From positions 2,208,001 to 2,272,000 of the forward strand of contig JASGHG010000001.1 of NCBI GenBank assembly GCA_047602425.1: a stretch of 64,000 bases of DNA, in the 5' to 3' direction. This DNA comes from Nibricoccus sp. Its GTDB lineage: Bacteria > Verrucomicrobiota > Verrucomicrobiia > Opitutales > Opitutaceae. Below, piece after piece: positions 21,752-30,904 of this stretch. The translations under genes were made by a program, and so were the position numbers. Every line of letters starts with the position of its first letter. Position 1 is the stretch's first letter. The notes below the pieces were generated by a model. It searched no databases, had not been told where the DNA came from, and saw only the letters and a list, made by a program, of their open reading frames with translations.

Positions 21752-23087
21752 CCACTACGGCCGCCGGTTTTTCGGTCGAACCCGGATCGCTGGCGGCCGT
21801 GGCATTCACGCGTTCCAGCAAACGGGTTAGGTAAAGCTGTTCCGGGCCAACCGCGGCCAGCTGGAGTGCGCGGCGATAACTTTCGGCCGCTTCGTGGTGA
21901 TGACCAAGCTGCCAATGGAGTTCTCCCACAACCGCATGATAAAGGTAATGGGCCTCCAACCGATCCCGGCGGGCGATGGCCGCCACCGCGTCCAAGCCAG
22001 CTTGCGGTCCGTGCACATGAGACACCGCCACCGCCCGATTCAGCGAGACCACAGGTGAAGGCTTGAGCCGGTCGAGCGCGTCGTAGTGCTGCAGGATGCG
22101 CGTCCAATCCGTCGATGCAAAATCCGCCGACGTGCAATGAACCGCCGCGATGCCTGCCTGCAGGTGATATTCGCTCAAATCGTTTCCTTGCGCCGCCTCG
22201 GTGAGATAACCCAAGCCGCGCATGATCAAACGCTGGTCCCATTTCGAGCGATCCTGATCGTGCAAGCGCAACAGGTCGCCTTGCTCGTCCGTTCGCGCCG
22301 GGAAACGCGCCGCGGTGAGCAACAGAAGCGCAAGCAGAGCGTGGGCGCGCGGCGTGCGGCCCACCGGATGGCTGACCAGCAGTTCCGCCAGTCGGATCGC
22401 TTCCGTGCAAAGTTCCTCCTTCAACAGGCGGTCGCCCGAGGACGCTTTGTAACCTTCGTTGAACAATAGGTAGATGGTCGCCAGCACGCCGTCGAGACGC
22501 GGGACGAGATTTTCGTTCTCCGGAATCTCGAAAGCCATGCCCGCCTCCTGGATCTTTTGTTTTGTTCGGGTGAGCTGTTTTTCGATCGCAGCCACGCTGC
22601 TCAAAAACGCCTGCGCGATTTCGCCCGTGCTGAATCCGCACAATATTTTCAACGCCAGCACCACCTGTGCATCCGGTGGGATTGCCGGATGACTGCACAC
22701 AAACATCAGCCGCAGTGCGTCGTCGCGAATCTCGTGCGCCACCCCCCACGCCACCGCCGGAGTCGCCCGCATCTGGTCGAGGTGTGTGACGATGGCGGAT
22801 TCCTTGGAGGTGGACATTCGTTGGTGTCGCAACGCATCGCGCCCCAGATTCATCGCCACCTGCGTGATCCACGCCGATGGATTCGCCGGAACGCCGCCCA
22901 TCGACCACAAGCGCAGCGCCCGCAACATCGCCTCCTGAGCCACATCCTCGGCCAAGGCCAGGTTGTGCACGCCCAGCAACCGGACCAACGCGCCATGCAG
23001 GCGACCCGTCTCGTGACGAAAAAAATGCTCCACCAGCGCGGCCGGCTGGCGGCTGTTAGGCGTTGGTACTGGTTCGTCCACGGACAC
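21744..23087 (-). CDS. ECF sigma-70 factor with C-terminal TPR-like extension (ECF42 type)
   Basis: AEDVAQEA sigma2, sigma4, YLLFNEGY, QDRSKWD, YHLQAGIAAVH, LNRAVAV; downstream of a YciI/DGPF gene; GTG start inferred. Confidence 0.88.
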   Translation of the reverse strand: MSVDEPVPTPNSRQPAALVEHFFRHETGRLHGALVRLLGVHNLALAEDVAQEAMLRALRLWSMGGVPANPSAWITQVAMNLGRDALRHQRMSTSKESAIVTHLDQMRATPAVAWGVAHEIRDDALRLMFVCSHPAIPPDAQVVLALKILCGFSTGEIAQAFLSSVAAIEKQLTRTKQKIQEAGMAFEIPENENLVPRLDGVLATIYLLFNEGYKASSGDRLLKEELCTEAIRLAELLVSHPVGRTPRAHALLALLLLTAARFPARTDEQGDLLRLHDQDRSKWDQRLIMRGLGYLTEAAQGNDLSEYHLQAGIAAVHCTSADFASTDWTRILQHYDALDRLKPSPVVSLNRAVAVSHVHGPQAGLDAVAAIARRDRLEAHYLYHAVVGELHWQLGHHHEAAESYRRALQLAAVGPEQLYLTRLLERVNATAASDPGSTEKPAAVVVK

Positions 23088-23092
23088 TTTGC

Positions 23093-23524
23093 TCAATAGG
23101 TCGCGGTTGCAGGCATGCCCAGCGCGGCCGGCTTGGTGTTGACGCCGAGATGACAATCCGGAGTCAACTCGCGGACCTCGATCAGCATGCCGTGCGCGAG
23201 CGCGGGATGTCGTTGGGCGATTTCCGTGGCTTCATCGAAGCTGCTGACGAGCAGTTTCACGTAACCGCCAATCGCCTCCTTCGCCTCGGGAAAAGGTCCG
23301 TCGGTGATCCGCGCGCCGCCCGCGCCCGAAACGACCCGCGTGCGCATCTCGAGCGGCTGGCCTTCGAAGGCTTTGCCCTGCGCCAGAAGGCCGTCGAACC
23401 AGGCGTTCCAGCGCGTGATCAATTGCTGGCGTTGTTCAGGCGAAAGGTTGCTGAAAACTTCCGGGCCGGTGTTTCGGAAGAGCAACATATACGGAGCAGA
23501 AGAGGACGTTGGTGCGGTTTGCAT
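23093..23524 (-). CDS. YciI/DGPF-domain protein
   Basis: TDGPFPEAKEAIGGY and IEVRE motifs. Confidence 0.92.
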   Translation of the reverse strand: MQTAPTSSSAPYMLLFRNTGPEVFSNLSPEQRQQLITRWNAWFDGLLAQGKAFEGQPLEMRTRVVSGAGGARITDGPFPEAKEAIGGYVKLLVSSFDEATEIAQRHPALAHGMLIEVRELTPDCHLGVNTKPAALGMPATATY

Positions 23525-23570
23525 TGTGGGAAGGGTTGAATGGCGTGCCGTGGGAGCAGTTCAAAAAGAC

Positions 23571-23598
23571 GACGAATGACCATACTCAAAAACGGACA
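23571..23598 (-). promoter_or_regulatory. Putative ECF42-type promoter for yciI-sigma
   Basis: Minus strand TGTCCG-N18-CGTC. Confidence 0.55.
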
Positions 23599-23654
23599 AA
23601 ACGTGGCGTTTTGCCCAAGTTTTTCCCTACGCGCGCAGGAATTTTGTTTTGCCC

Positions 23655-23681
23655 TGTCCGAATTGGGGACGCCCGTTCGTT
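23655..23681 (+). promoter_or_regulatory. Putative ECF42-type promoter for the SRPBCC operon
   Basis: TGTCCG-N17-CGTT. Confidence 0.5.
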
Positions 23682-23721
23682 GGGTGATTGAGATCGAAAT
23701 CACGTCCGACAACCAACCGCC

Positions 23722-24204
23722 ATGGAAACTGCCAGCCATCGCCCTCCTCCTCTCTCCGAACGCGTGCTCACCCTCAGCCGCATCATCGACGCCCCGCGTA
23801 CCCGCGTTTTCAAAAACTGGACCACCCGGCTTCCCGACTGGTGGGGCCCCCATGGTATGACGACTCCCCAGTGCGAAATGGACCTGCGGCCCGGCGGTAT
23901 TTTTCGCACCGTGATGCGCGCGCCCGACGGTACCGAATACCCCACCCAAGGCGTCTTCCTCGAAGTCGTCGAACCCGAACGCATTGTCTTCACCGACGCT
24001 TACCACCTGGGTTGGGAGCCCGCGGCCGATATTTTTTTCACCGCCGTGACAACGTTCGAAACGTTGCCGGGCAACAAAACCAGGCTCACCGCCCGCGCCC
24101 TGCACTGGACGGTGGCGAATCGCGAAAAACACGAACAAATGGGTTTCCACCAAGGCTGGGGCGAAAGCTTCGACCGTCTCGCCGCCCTCTCACTCCAACA
24201 TTAA
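23722..24204 (+). CDS. SRPBCC/AHSA1-domain protein
   Basis: SRIIDAPRTRVF, WWGPHG, DLRPGG, GFHQGWGESFDRL. Confidence 0.9.
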   Translation: METASHRPPPLSERVLTLSRIIDAPRTRVFKNWTTRLPDWWGPHGMTTPQCEMDLRPGGIFRTVMRAPDGTEYPTQGVFLEVVEPERIVFTDAYHLGWEPAADIFFTAVTTFETLPGNKTRLTARALHWTVANREKHEQMGFHQGWGESFDRLAALSLQH

Positions 24205-24217
24205 TCCCAACAAGATC

Positions 24218-24667
24218 ATGAATGCATTGCTCGATACCGAAACGACTGATAGCGACAAATCGAAATCCTTCGCCCGCTTTTTCCCGGCCATCGCCCGGAT
24301 GTTGATGGGCCTGCCTTTGCTCGTTTTTGGGCTTAATGGATTTCTCAACTTCATCCCGCCCCCATCGACACCGCTGCCCGAGGGCGCGATGGCCTTCGCG
24401 GGCGCTCTCGTCAACACCGGCTACATGATGCAGCTGATCGGCCTCACCCACCTCATCGTTGGAATTCTTCTGGTAACAAATCGGTTCGTGCCCCTCGCGC
24501 TCGCACTTTTTGCCCCATTCATGGTCAACAGCGTCGCGTTTCACCTCTTCCTTGAACGATCGGGCTTGGTCATGGCCGGCGTGTTTCTCCTCTTGGAACT
24601 CTATCTCGCCTGGGCCTACCGCCACGCGTTTCGACCCATGCTTTCGGCAAGAATGACGCCTTCCTAA
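24218..24667 (+). CDS. DoxX-family membrane protein
   Basis: ARMLMGL..VFGLNGFLNF, four TMs. Confidence 0.8.
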   Translation: MNALLDTETTDSDKSKSFARFFPAIARMLMGLPLLVFGLNGFLNFIPPPSTPLPEGAMAFAGALVNTGYMMQLIGLTHLIVGILLVTNRFVPLALALFAPFMVNSVAFHLFLERSGLVMAGVFLLLELYLAWAYRHAFRPMLSARMTPS

Positions 24668-24699
24668 ACCAACGACCAGAATCTTTAACCTTTGTCATC

Positions 24700-25233
24700 A
24701 TGAGCTCCAAAATCCTGATCGTTGTCGCTGTCGTCGTAATCGTGTTTTTGATCGTCGTTGCCCTGCAGCCTTCCCGGTTTCGCGTGGAACGTTCGCTCAC
24801 GATCAATGCTTCGCCCGCAACGATTTTCCCTCACATCAACGATCTGCAAAAAGCCGCCGTCTGGTCCCCCTGGTTGAAAATGGACCCCGCCGTCAAAATC
24901 GCCTATTCGGGGCCGGCCAGCGGCGTGGGCGCCTCATCTTCCTGGGTCGGCAACAATAAAATCGGCGAAGGACGCCAAACCATTATCGAGAGCCAGCCCG
25001 GCGAGCTGGTTCGCATCAAGCTCGAATTTTTCAAGCCCATGGCCGGCGTTTCCACCGCCGATTTCTCGCTGAAGCCCGCTGACGGTCAAACGACCGTGAC
25101 GTGGAGCATCTATGGCGAAAATAACTTCATATCGAAGGCGTTTTGTCTATTCATGCGGCAGGACAAAATGATCGGCACGCCGTTCGAAATGGGCCTCGCC
25201 AATCTCAAGACACTCGTAGAATCCTCCAAGTAA
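24700..25233 (+). CDS. SRPBCC/polyketide-cyclase-family protein
   Basis: N-terminal TM, VERSLTINAS, WSPW, GLANLKTLVE. Confidence 0.88.
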   Translation: MSSKILIVVAVVVIVFLIVVALQPSRFRVERSLTINASPATIFPHINDLQKAAVWSPWLKMDPAVKIAYSGPASGVGASSSWVGNNKIGEGRQTIIESQPGELVRIKLEFFKPMAGVSTADFSLKPADGQTTVTWSIYGENNFISKAFCLFMRQDKMIGTPFEMGLANLKTLVESSK

Positions 25234-25277
25234 AAGCCGACCCATCCGCCAACGCTAATATCAACCAGGAATATCTT

Positions 25278-25640
25278 ATGCCCAAGTATGTCGATGGCTA
25301 CGTGCTGCCCGTTCCAAAGAAAAATCTCACCGCCTACCGCCGCATGGCAAAGGTGGCCGCCAAAGTCTGGCGCGACCACGGCGCGCTCGACTACAAGGAA
25401 TGCGTCGGCGATGACCTGGCCGTGAGTTGGGGCACGCCTTTTCCGCGCCGGATGAAACTAAAATCGGGCGAAACGGTGGTATTTTCCTTCATCGTCTTCA
25501 AATCCCGCGCTCATCGCGATAAGGTCAACGCCAAGGTCATGGAGGACCCTCGTCTTCAGGCGTTCATGAACAAAAAAACCATGCCCTTCGATATGAAGCG
25601 CATGGCCTACGGCGGATTTGAAGTGATCGTCGACGATTAA
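25278..25640 (+). CDS. DUF1428 (YbaA-like) protein
   Basis: YVDGYVLPVP, GALDYKECVGDD, MPFDMKRMAYGGF. Confidence 0.9.
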   Translation: MPKYVDGYVLPVPKKNLTAYRRMAKVAAKVWRDHGALDYKECVGDDLAVSWGTPFPRRMKLKSGETVVFSFIVFKSRAHRDKVNAKVMEDPRLQAFMNKKTMPFDMKRMAYGGFEVIVDD

Positions 25641-25659
25641 AATCCGCCGAACGAAACGC

Positions 25660-27063
25660 TTACTTGGACCAAAACTGCAGCCGCAACCAGCGACGATGAC
25701 GCTGGCGGATTTGTTCCGAATAGATCGCGTAGGCCGGATCCATGCTCGCCAGGTTGCGCTCCTCCGTCTTCGCGCGCACCCAGTAGACAAAGGCCAGGCC
25801 GCCCAGCATGAACATGTTTCGCACTCCGTAACTCGTGATCGTCATGCTTCCGACGCTAAACAACACCGTGCCCCGGCTGTCTACGAATGGAATCGATGCC
25901 AGGAAAAAGGCGCAGATCTTAGTCACGTAGGCCGGATGCTTCAGGAAGTAGTATGGCCCGCCCGTCACGATGCCACGGTGGGTGAGATTCGAAAAACGCA
26001 GGCCAAAGGCGATCGTGGCCCAAACAAACATCGTCTCGAAAAAAAGTATGCCGAAACCGCACGCATACAGCATCGGCAGGCTGAACCCCGGGAGTTTGGA
26101 CTCCCAATTGCCGTCCGACCAATATCCCAGATACAAATTTCCGATCATGGTCCAAAATGGCTGATAACAGACGAGCGCCGCCGTCCACCCCAGCGCCGTC
26201 GGTTCCGCCGAGCGCACGTGCGATTGGATCCAGCGCAAAGTCAGGATGTATCCGCAGGCCACAAACGCGAGGTCGATGCTAAAGAGAAAATTATGGAGAT
26301 AGTGATTGATTTGGATGAAAGCCTGCGCCGCTTCCATGCCGCTGCGGTTCGTGAAGATCTCCCACGCCTGCGTATTGTGGGCGCGCCAGTGCAGCCCGGG
26401 GAGGTTGTTGCAGAGGAAAGTGAACATCAGCGGCAGGAAAAATCCTTTCACGGCCCACGTGCGCAGATGGTTGTTAACCTTGGCCCAGTTCACTTGTTTA
26501 AAGTCTAACAAGATGGCCCGCCCAAAATGCCAGTAGCCATCGCGTGGATCGGTCATCCGCGCATCGATGAGAAAAAAGTACACCACACATACACCGAGCA
26601 CATAGGGTCCGGCTTTGCGGCAGAGCAGGAAGAAGTTGCTGTAGAATCCCGCATCGGGTTTGAAGCTCGGATTGTACTCGGGGAAAATCCAATAGAGCAG
26701 CGTCACCAATGCCACCGTGACGAGCAATCCGAGCAATTTCACCAGTGTGCGCTCGATCGAATACTCATGCTGCTTGGTGATGCCGTCGATTGGCCCCGCC
26801 GGTGACCTGAATCGCAGTAACAGTGCGTCGCACGCGATCATCGGCAGCGCCGTGAACCCCATCAGGATCAGCCCCTCCCAGTATCGGGAAAGTTCATACA
26901 ATGGTCCGGATTTGTTTAACCACACGACACCGATAATAAATCCAACGACTCCCACCCAGCCCGTGATGGCCGAGGGAATGAAGTCCGGTTTCGTATCGGG
27001 AGGATAAGGAAGTTGAACGGGTGGCTTGGCCGCACCGGTGGCTTGGGGCAGTTTCGAAGACAT
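25660..27063 (-). CDS. Multi-TM protein with C-terminal ICMT/PEMT-like methyltransferase domain
   Basis: RFSNLTHRGIVTGGPYYFLKHPAY and RAKTEERNL motifs. Confidence 0.8.
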   Translation of the reverse strand: MSSKLPQATGAAKPPVQLPYPPDTKPDFIPSAITGWVGVVGFIIGVVWLNKSGPLYELSRYWEGLILMGFTALPMIACDALLLRFRSPAGPIDGITKQHEYSIERTLVKLLGLLVTVALVTLLYWIFPEYNPSFKPDAGFYSNFFLLCRKAGPYVLGVCVVYFFLIDARMTDPRDGYWHFGRAILLDFKQVNWAKVNNHLRTWAVKGFFLPLMFTFLCNNLPGLHWRAHNTQAWEIFTNRSGMEAAQAFIQINHYLHNFLFSIDLAFVACGYILTLRWIQSHVRSAEPTALGWTAALVCYQPFWTMIGNLYLGYWSDGNWESKLPGFSLPMLYACGFGILFFETMFVWATIAFGLRFSNLTHRGIVTGGPYYFLKHPAYVTKICAFFLASIPFVDSRGTVLFSVGSMTITSYGVRNMFMLGGLAFVYWVRAKTEERNLASMDPAYAIYSEQIRQRHRRWLRLQFWSK

Positions 27064-27141
27064 GTGGTCGGCGCTCAGTTGAACCGCTGCCAGCCCCCGC
27101 CGCAAGTTCGCGCTGCGCCGTCTGCGTGTTTCAATTGTAAA

Positions 27142-27168
27142 AAAGTGTCACGTAATACGTGACACTTT
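27142..27168. repeat. TA-W-TA palindrome family copy (GTCACG variant)
   Basis: AAAGTGTCACGTA-A-TACGTGACACTTT, perfect 13-bp arms. Confidence 0.8.
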
Positions 27169-27241
27169 GGCTGTTTCTCTATCGTAAGTGGTTGGTTAAG
27201 GTTGCGAGGCGGGTTTGGGCCTCGATTTTCATGCGGCAGGC

Positions 27242-29746
27242 CTAATCTCGCACAGAGTCACGCTGGCGCAGCACACGCAGCACCACCGCCGAACCGATCA
27301 ATACCAAGACGAACATCACCACGGCCACTGCGGTCGCGCGGCCCACCTCGAATTCACGGAACATGGTCGACACCATGAGCGTGCTCAACACCTGCGACTG
27401 GCTGATCGGATCCTGCGACGTGAGCAGCCAGATCATTTCGAAGGTGTTCAAGCCTGCCACGACGATGAAAACCGCCGAAATTGCCAGGACGTCCCAGATG
27501 AGCGGCAGCGTGATCGTGAAAAACTGCCGCCATGCGGGCGCGCCGTCGATTTCCGCCGCCTCGTAAAGCTCGGGATCGATGCCCTGCATTGCCGCGAGAT
27601 ATAACACTAGGTTGAAACCGCAGGCCATCCAGATGTAGATGGGAATTAGCGCACGATAAAGGTTGTCCTGCGAAAGCCAGGGATACGCTGCGAACGACCG
27701 CAACCAGTCGCTACCAACCCAGTCGCCGATCTTGACAATTGATGCGTTAACCAGTCCCCCATGCGGGTCGTAAGCGTTCATCCAAAGCAGCGTGGCCGCG
27801 ATGCCGCCAAGAAGATTAGGGAAAAGGAAGACCGCACGGAAAAAATTCGCGCCAAAAACACCGCGATGGATCAGCGCCGCCAGAAAGAGCGAAAGCGGCA
27901 CCACGATCGAGGTCGGCACGAGCATGATGTAGAGATTATTCCGAAGCGCGTACCAAAACGTTTCGCTTTCCAGGAAGAGCCACTTGAAATTGAAAAGCCC
28001 CACCGCCGTGCGAGTCGCGCTAATGCCGTCCCAGCGGGTAAAGGCCCAAACCAACGCCTGTACGCCAGGCAAGATCACCAGAAGGCCGAACAGGATCAAC
28101 GCCGGTCCTACAAAACCCGCCGCCATCGGTAAACGCAAACGGCCGAGGTGGCCTTCGGCTCTGGCCGCCACCCCGCCCTCCCTCCGGCGCACCCGGGTGC
28201 GGCGCGCGGTTTCCCAGCCAAGCCACCCGATGGCGGCAGCCAGCACGAGGAGCAGCAAAGCCGGTTTCCACCGATGTTTGACTTTCACGCTGGTGGGATC
28301 GGCTGCGCGGACCCGTTCGGATTGCGCGGCGGTTTCCAAGCGTTCGCCATATTCGCGTGCGGAGATGCGACCGGTCATGAGTTGCTGCCGCAAATCGCTC
28401 ATGGATTGCTCCCAAAGGGCCAGGAACGCCGCCGATTTGGGACGTCCGCCGTCGAATGCGGCCGGTGCTTTGGCGATTAGTCCGGCAATGTCGCGCAAGG
28501 CATCGGAGAAATCCGAGATTTGTGCTCCGTAAACCGCCGACGTTGCGTCCTGCATGTGGGCAAAGGCCCGCGCGCGTTCCTTCGACGTCAGGAAGCGGAA
28601 AAAGTCCACCGTGGCCTTTTCGCGCGCTGGGTCGTTTTTTCGGAAAACAAAATAATACTGCGCCTGATACTGCAGCGTATCCGGATGCGTGATACCGTCC
28701 TTGAAAACCGGAAAGTTCATCGCGCCAATCGTGAAGCCGGCGGGGATTTTTCCTCGCACTTCGCTGCCCAACCACGAGCCAGCGACAGTCATGGCGGATT
28801 TACCGTCGAGAAAAGCCTGCTCGGCCGCGGTGTGCGTCATGCCTTCCCAACCCTTCAGCATATAGTTCATCGAGGCGCGTTGCTGAACCTCGGCCGCACG
28901 GATAAAACGCGGATCCGTTCGCGCGCCGGGCGCCAGGGCGTTGTAGGCGTTGTAACCTTCTGGGCCCACGAGGTTGAAGTAGGCCGAGCGCAAAAACGAA
29001 TCGCCATAGCGCATGTACACGCCGGGCAGCGTGAGCGGCGCGATGCCTTGGGCGCGGATTTTTTCGCAGAGTTGGAAAAATTCGTCCCAGGTGCGCGGCG
29101 CTTCCCAGCCGTGCTCGGCGAACATCTCTTTATTGTAAAAGATCGCCCAGACGGCATAGGCAAAGGGCACGCCGTAGACTTTGCCTTCGTGCGTCCAGCG
29201 GTTGAGCACACCCGGCAAAAAGCGATCGCGCCAGCGGCCGGTGCCTTCCCAATCGGGGCCGTCGAGAAACGGCGTGAGGTCGACGATCTGTTGCGCGTCG
29301 ATCATCTTGTCGTAGATCAGATCCGCGTCGGTTGCGTTGGGCAGATCGCCAGCCATGACGCGAATGCGGACTTTTTCGTGCACGCGGGCATTGCCCGTCA
29401 GATTGACGCGCACGTCAGGCCGGAGTTTTTCGAAAAGTCGCGCTGTCTCCTCGAAAAACGCCGCTCCGTAGGCCTGCGCCTGAATCGGAATATCGATTTC
29501 AATCGGTTCGGGTGCGGCGGCGGCCGTCGGTCCTTCCGCCGAAACCCGAATGACCGCGGCCAGCGAACAAAAAACCACCACGCCAGCCAAAAGGTGGCGA
29601 AGATGTCGGGGAAAATTTGAAGCGGAAGAGGTCAGAGAGGTAACCAGGGAGGGAAATAGTTTTGGAGGAGTTTGGGGAATTTTTCGACGATGATTTGCGA
29701 AGGGTTCGTTTACACAAACGTCACGCGAAGCTCTCACGGTTGTCAC
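27242..29746 (-). CDS. Fusion of sugar-binding protein and ABC permease (MalF-like)
   Basis: SBP motifs (YGVPFAY, FYNKEMF, PRTWDEF) followed by a TM domain with LYEAAEIDGA; true start probably about 100 nt downstream of the ORF start. Confidence 0.88.
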   Translation of the reverse strand: MTTVRASRDVCVNEPFANHRRKIPQTPPKLFPSLVTSLTSSASNFPRHLRHLLAGVVVFCSLAAVIRVSAEGPTAAAAPEPIEIDIPIQAQAYGAAFFEETARLFEKLRPDVRVNLTGNARVHEKVRIRVMAGDLPNATDADLIYDKMIDAQQIVDLTPFLDGPDWEGTGRWRDRFLPGVLNRWTHEGKVYGVPFAYAVWAIFYNKEMFAEHGWEAPRTWDEFFQLCEKIRAQGIAPLTLPGVYMRYGDSFLRSAYFNLVGPEGYNAYNALAPGARTDPRFIRAAEVQQRASMNYMLKGWEGMTHTAAEQAFLDGKSAMTVAGSWLGSEVRGKIPAGFTIGAMNFPVFKDGITHPDTLQYQAQYYFVFRKNDPAREKATVDFFRFLTSKERARAFAHMQDATSAVYGAQISDFSDALRDIAGLIAKAPAAFDGGRPKSAAFLALWEQSMSDLRQQLMTGRISAREYGERLETAAQSERVRAADPTSVKVKHRWKPALLLLVLAAAIGWLGWETARRTRVRRREGGVAARAEGHLGRLRLPMAAGFVGPALILFGLLVILPGVQALVWAFTRWDGISATRTAVGLFNFKWLFLESETFWYALRNNLYIMLVPTSIVVPLSLFLAALIHRGVFGANFFRAVFLFPNLLGGIAATLLWMNAYDPHGGLVNASIVKIGDWVGSDWLRSFAAYPWLSQDNLYRALIPIYIWMACGFNLVLYLAAMQGIDPELYEAAEIDGAPAWRQFFTITLPLIWDVLAISAVFIVVAGLNTFEMIWLLTSQDPISQSQVLSTLMVSTMFREFEVGRATAVAVVMFVLVLIGSAVVLRVLRQRDSVRD
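29709..29746 (+). promoter_or_regulatory. Pho-box-like 11-bp-periodic direct repeats
   Basis: TTTAC(29709), GTCAC(29720), CTCTC(29731), GTCAC(29742) upstream of the phosphatase operon. Confidence 0.45.
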
Positions 29747-29770
29747 ATCACGCGGTTAAATAATGGGCCG

Positions 29771-30283
29771 ATGTTTTCCAACTTGGTCAAGAGTGCGAGC
29801 CGTTTGCTTAGGATACAGGCCACCGGTCGGCGCGAATTTCTTTCGCTGGCGCTGATTTTGAGCATTGGCGCAGCCAACCGCGGGCTCGCGGAGCCGTCCG
29901 TGCTGACCTTTGCGCAAATGGTCGCCTGCCCGGTGAAGGAGGTCGGTATTCGCGAAAAGGATCCTTCGGCCAACGTGCTGCCAGAGGCAATCCGGTCGGC
30001 CGTGGGAAGAGAGGTGAGGGTCACCGGTTATATGTTGCCGTTGGTTATGGAAAACGGACGGGCCCGCCAGCTGTTGCTTATGCGCAATACCATGGCGTGT
30101 TGTTACGGCCAACCTCCGGCCGCGAACGAATATCTCGTGATCAAAACGCCGCCGCCGGGATTGCCTGTCACCCAGGATGTGCCGGTTGCGTTGCAGGGCG
30201 TGTTTCGCATCGAGCCCGTGTTCCTCGGCGGAGCGCCAGTCGAATATTTCCATCTCGATAATGCGATCCTCGCCACTCGTTGA
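29771..30283 (+). CDS. DUF3299-like exported protein with Tat-like signal
   Basis: TGRREFL signal; GREVRVTGYMLPL, ACCYGQPPAANE. Confidence 0.7.
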   Translation: MFSNLVKSASRLLRIQATGRREFLSLALILSIGAANRGLAEPSVLTFAQMVACPVKEVGIREKDPSANVLPEAIRSAVGREVRVTGYMLPLVMENGRARQLLLMRNTMACCYGQPPAANEYLVIKTPPPGLPVTQDVPVALQGVFRIEPVFLGGAPVEYFHLDNAILATR

Positions 30284-30292
30284 ACTTGTCCC

Positions 30293-30877
30293 ATGAAATC
30301 ATCCTGTTTTCACCTCGCCGTCTGCATCGGCCTGCTCGCGTCTGCTCTCCTTCCGAGTCAAACCAACGCAAAGAGCCTAGGCTGGAACGCCGACACGCTT
30401 TCCCAAGAGCTCGCCGCCATCAAAAACCTGCCAGCCCCGCCAGACGATGTGACACATTTGAGGTTTTCGGATTTTTTCATCTCTCCCAGCGGACCTCGCG
30501 GGCTAGAATACACAGCGGCGATCAAACGCCTCGATGGCCAACGCGTGCGTATTCTGGGCTTCATGGTTCGGCAAACGCGCCCGGCGCCGGGCACCGTGCT
30601 GCTCGCATCCTATGCCTCCTTTACCCACGAGGGCGAATATGGCCTCTGCGACGATCTGCCGCCCGCCACGCTTTTCGTGCGGGTTCCGAAATACGCCGAT
30701 CTCGCCGTGCCGTTCACGCCTGGTCCGCTCCTGCTGACAGGCAAACTTGAACTCGGTCCGCGCCAGGAGACCGACGGACGAATCTCCCATGTACGGCTCG
30801 TGCTCGACCCCGAAAACATTCTCCCGTCCGTCGCTGCCGCCAACGAACCACACAAAACCGTCACGCACGCCGATTGA
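30293..30877 (+). CDS. DUF3299-like exported protein
   Basis: Signal peptide; LDGQRVRILGFMV, HEGEYGLCDDLPP, LTGKLELG. Confidence 0.65.
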   Translation: MKSSCFHLAVCIGLLASALLPSQTNAKSLGWNADTLSQELAAIKNLPAPPDDVTHLRFSDFFISPSGPRGLEYTAAIKRLDGQRVRILGFMVRQTRPAPGTVLLASYASFTHEGEYGLCDDLPPATLFVRVPKYADLAVPFTPGPLLLTGKLELGPRQETDGRISHVRLVLDPENILPSVAAANEPHKTVTHAD

Positions 30878-30904
30878 TCCGAACCACCGCTTTTCTCACC
30901 GCTC

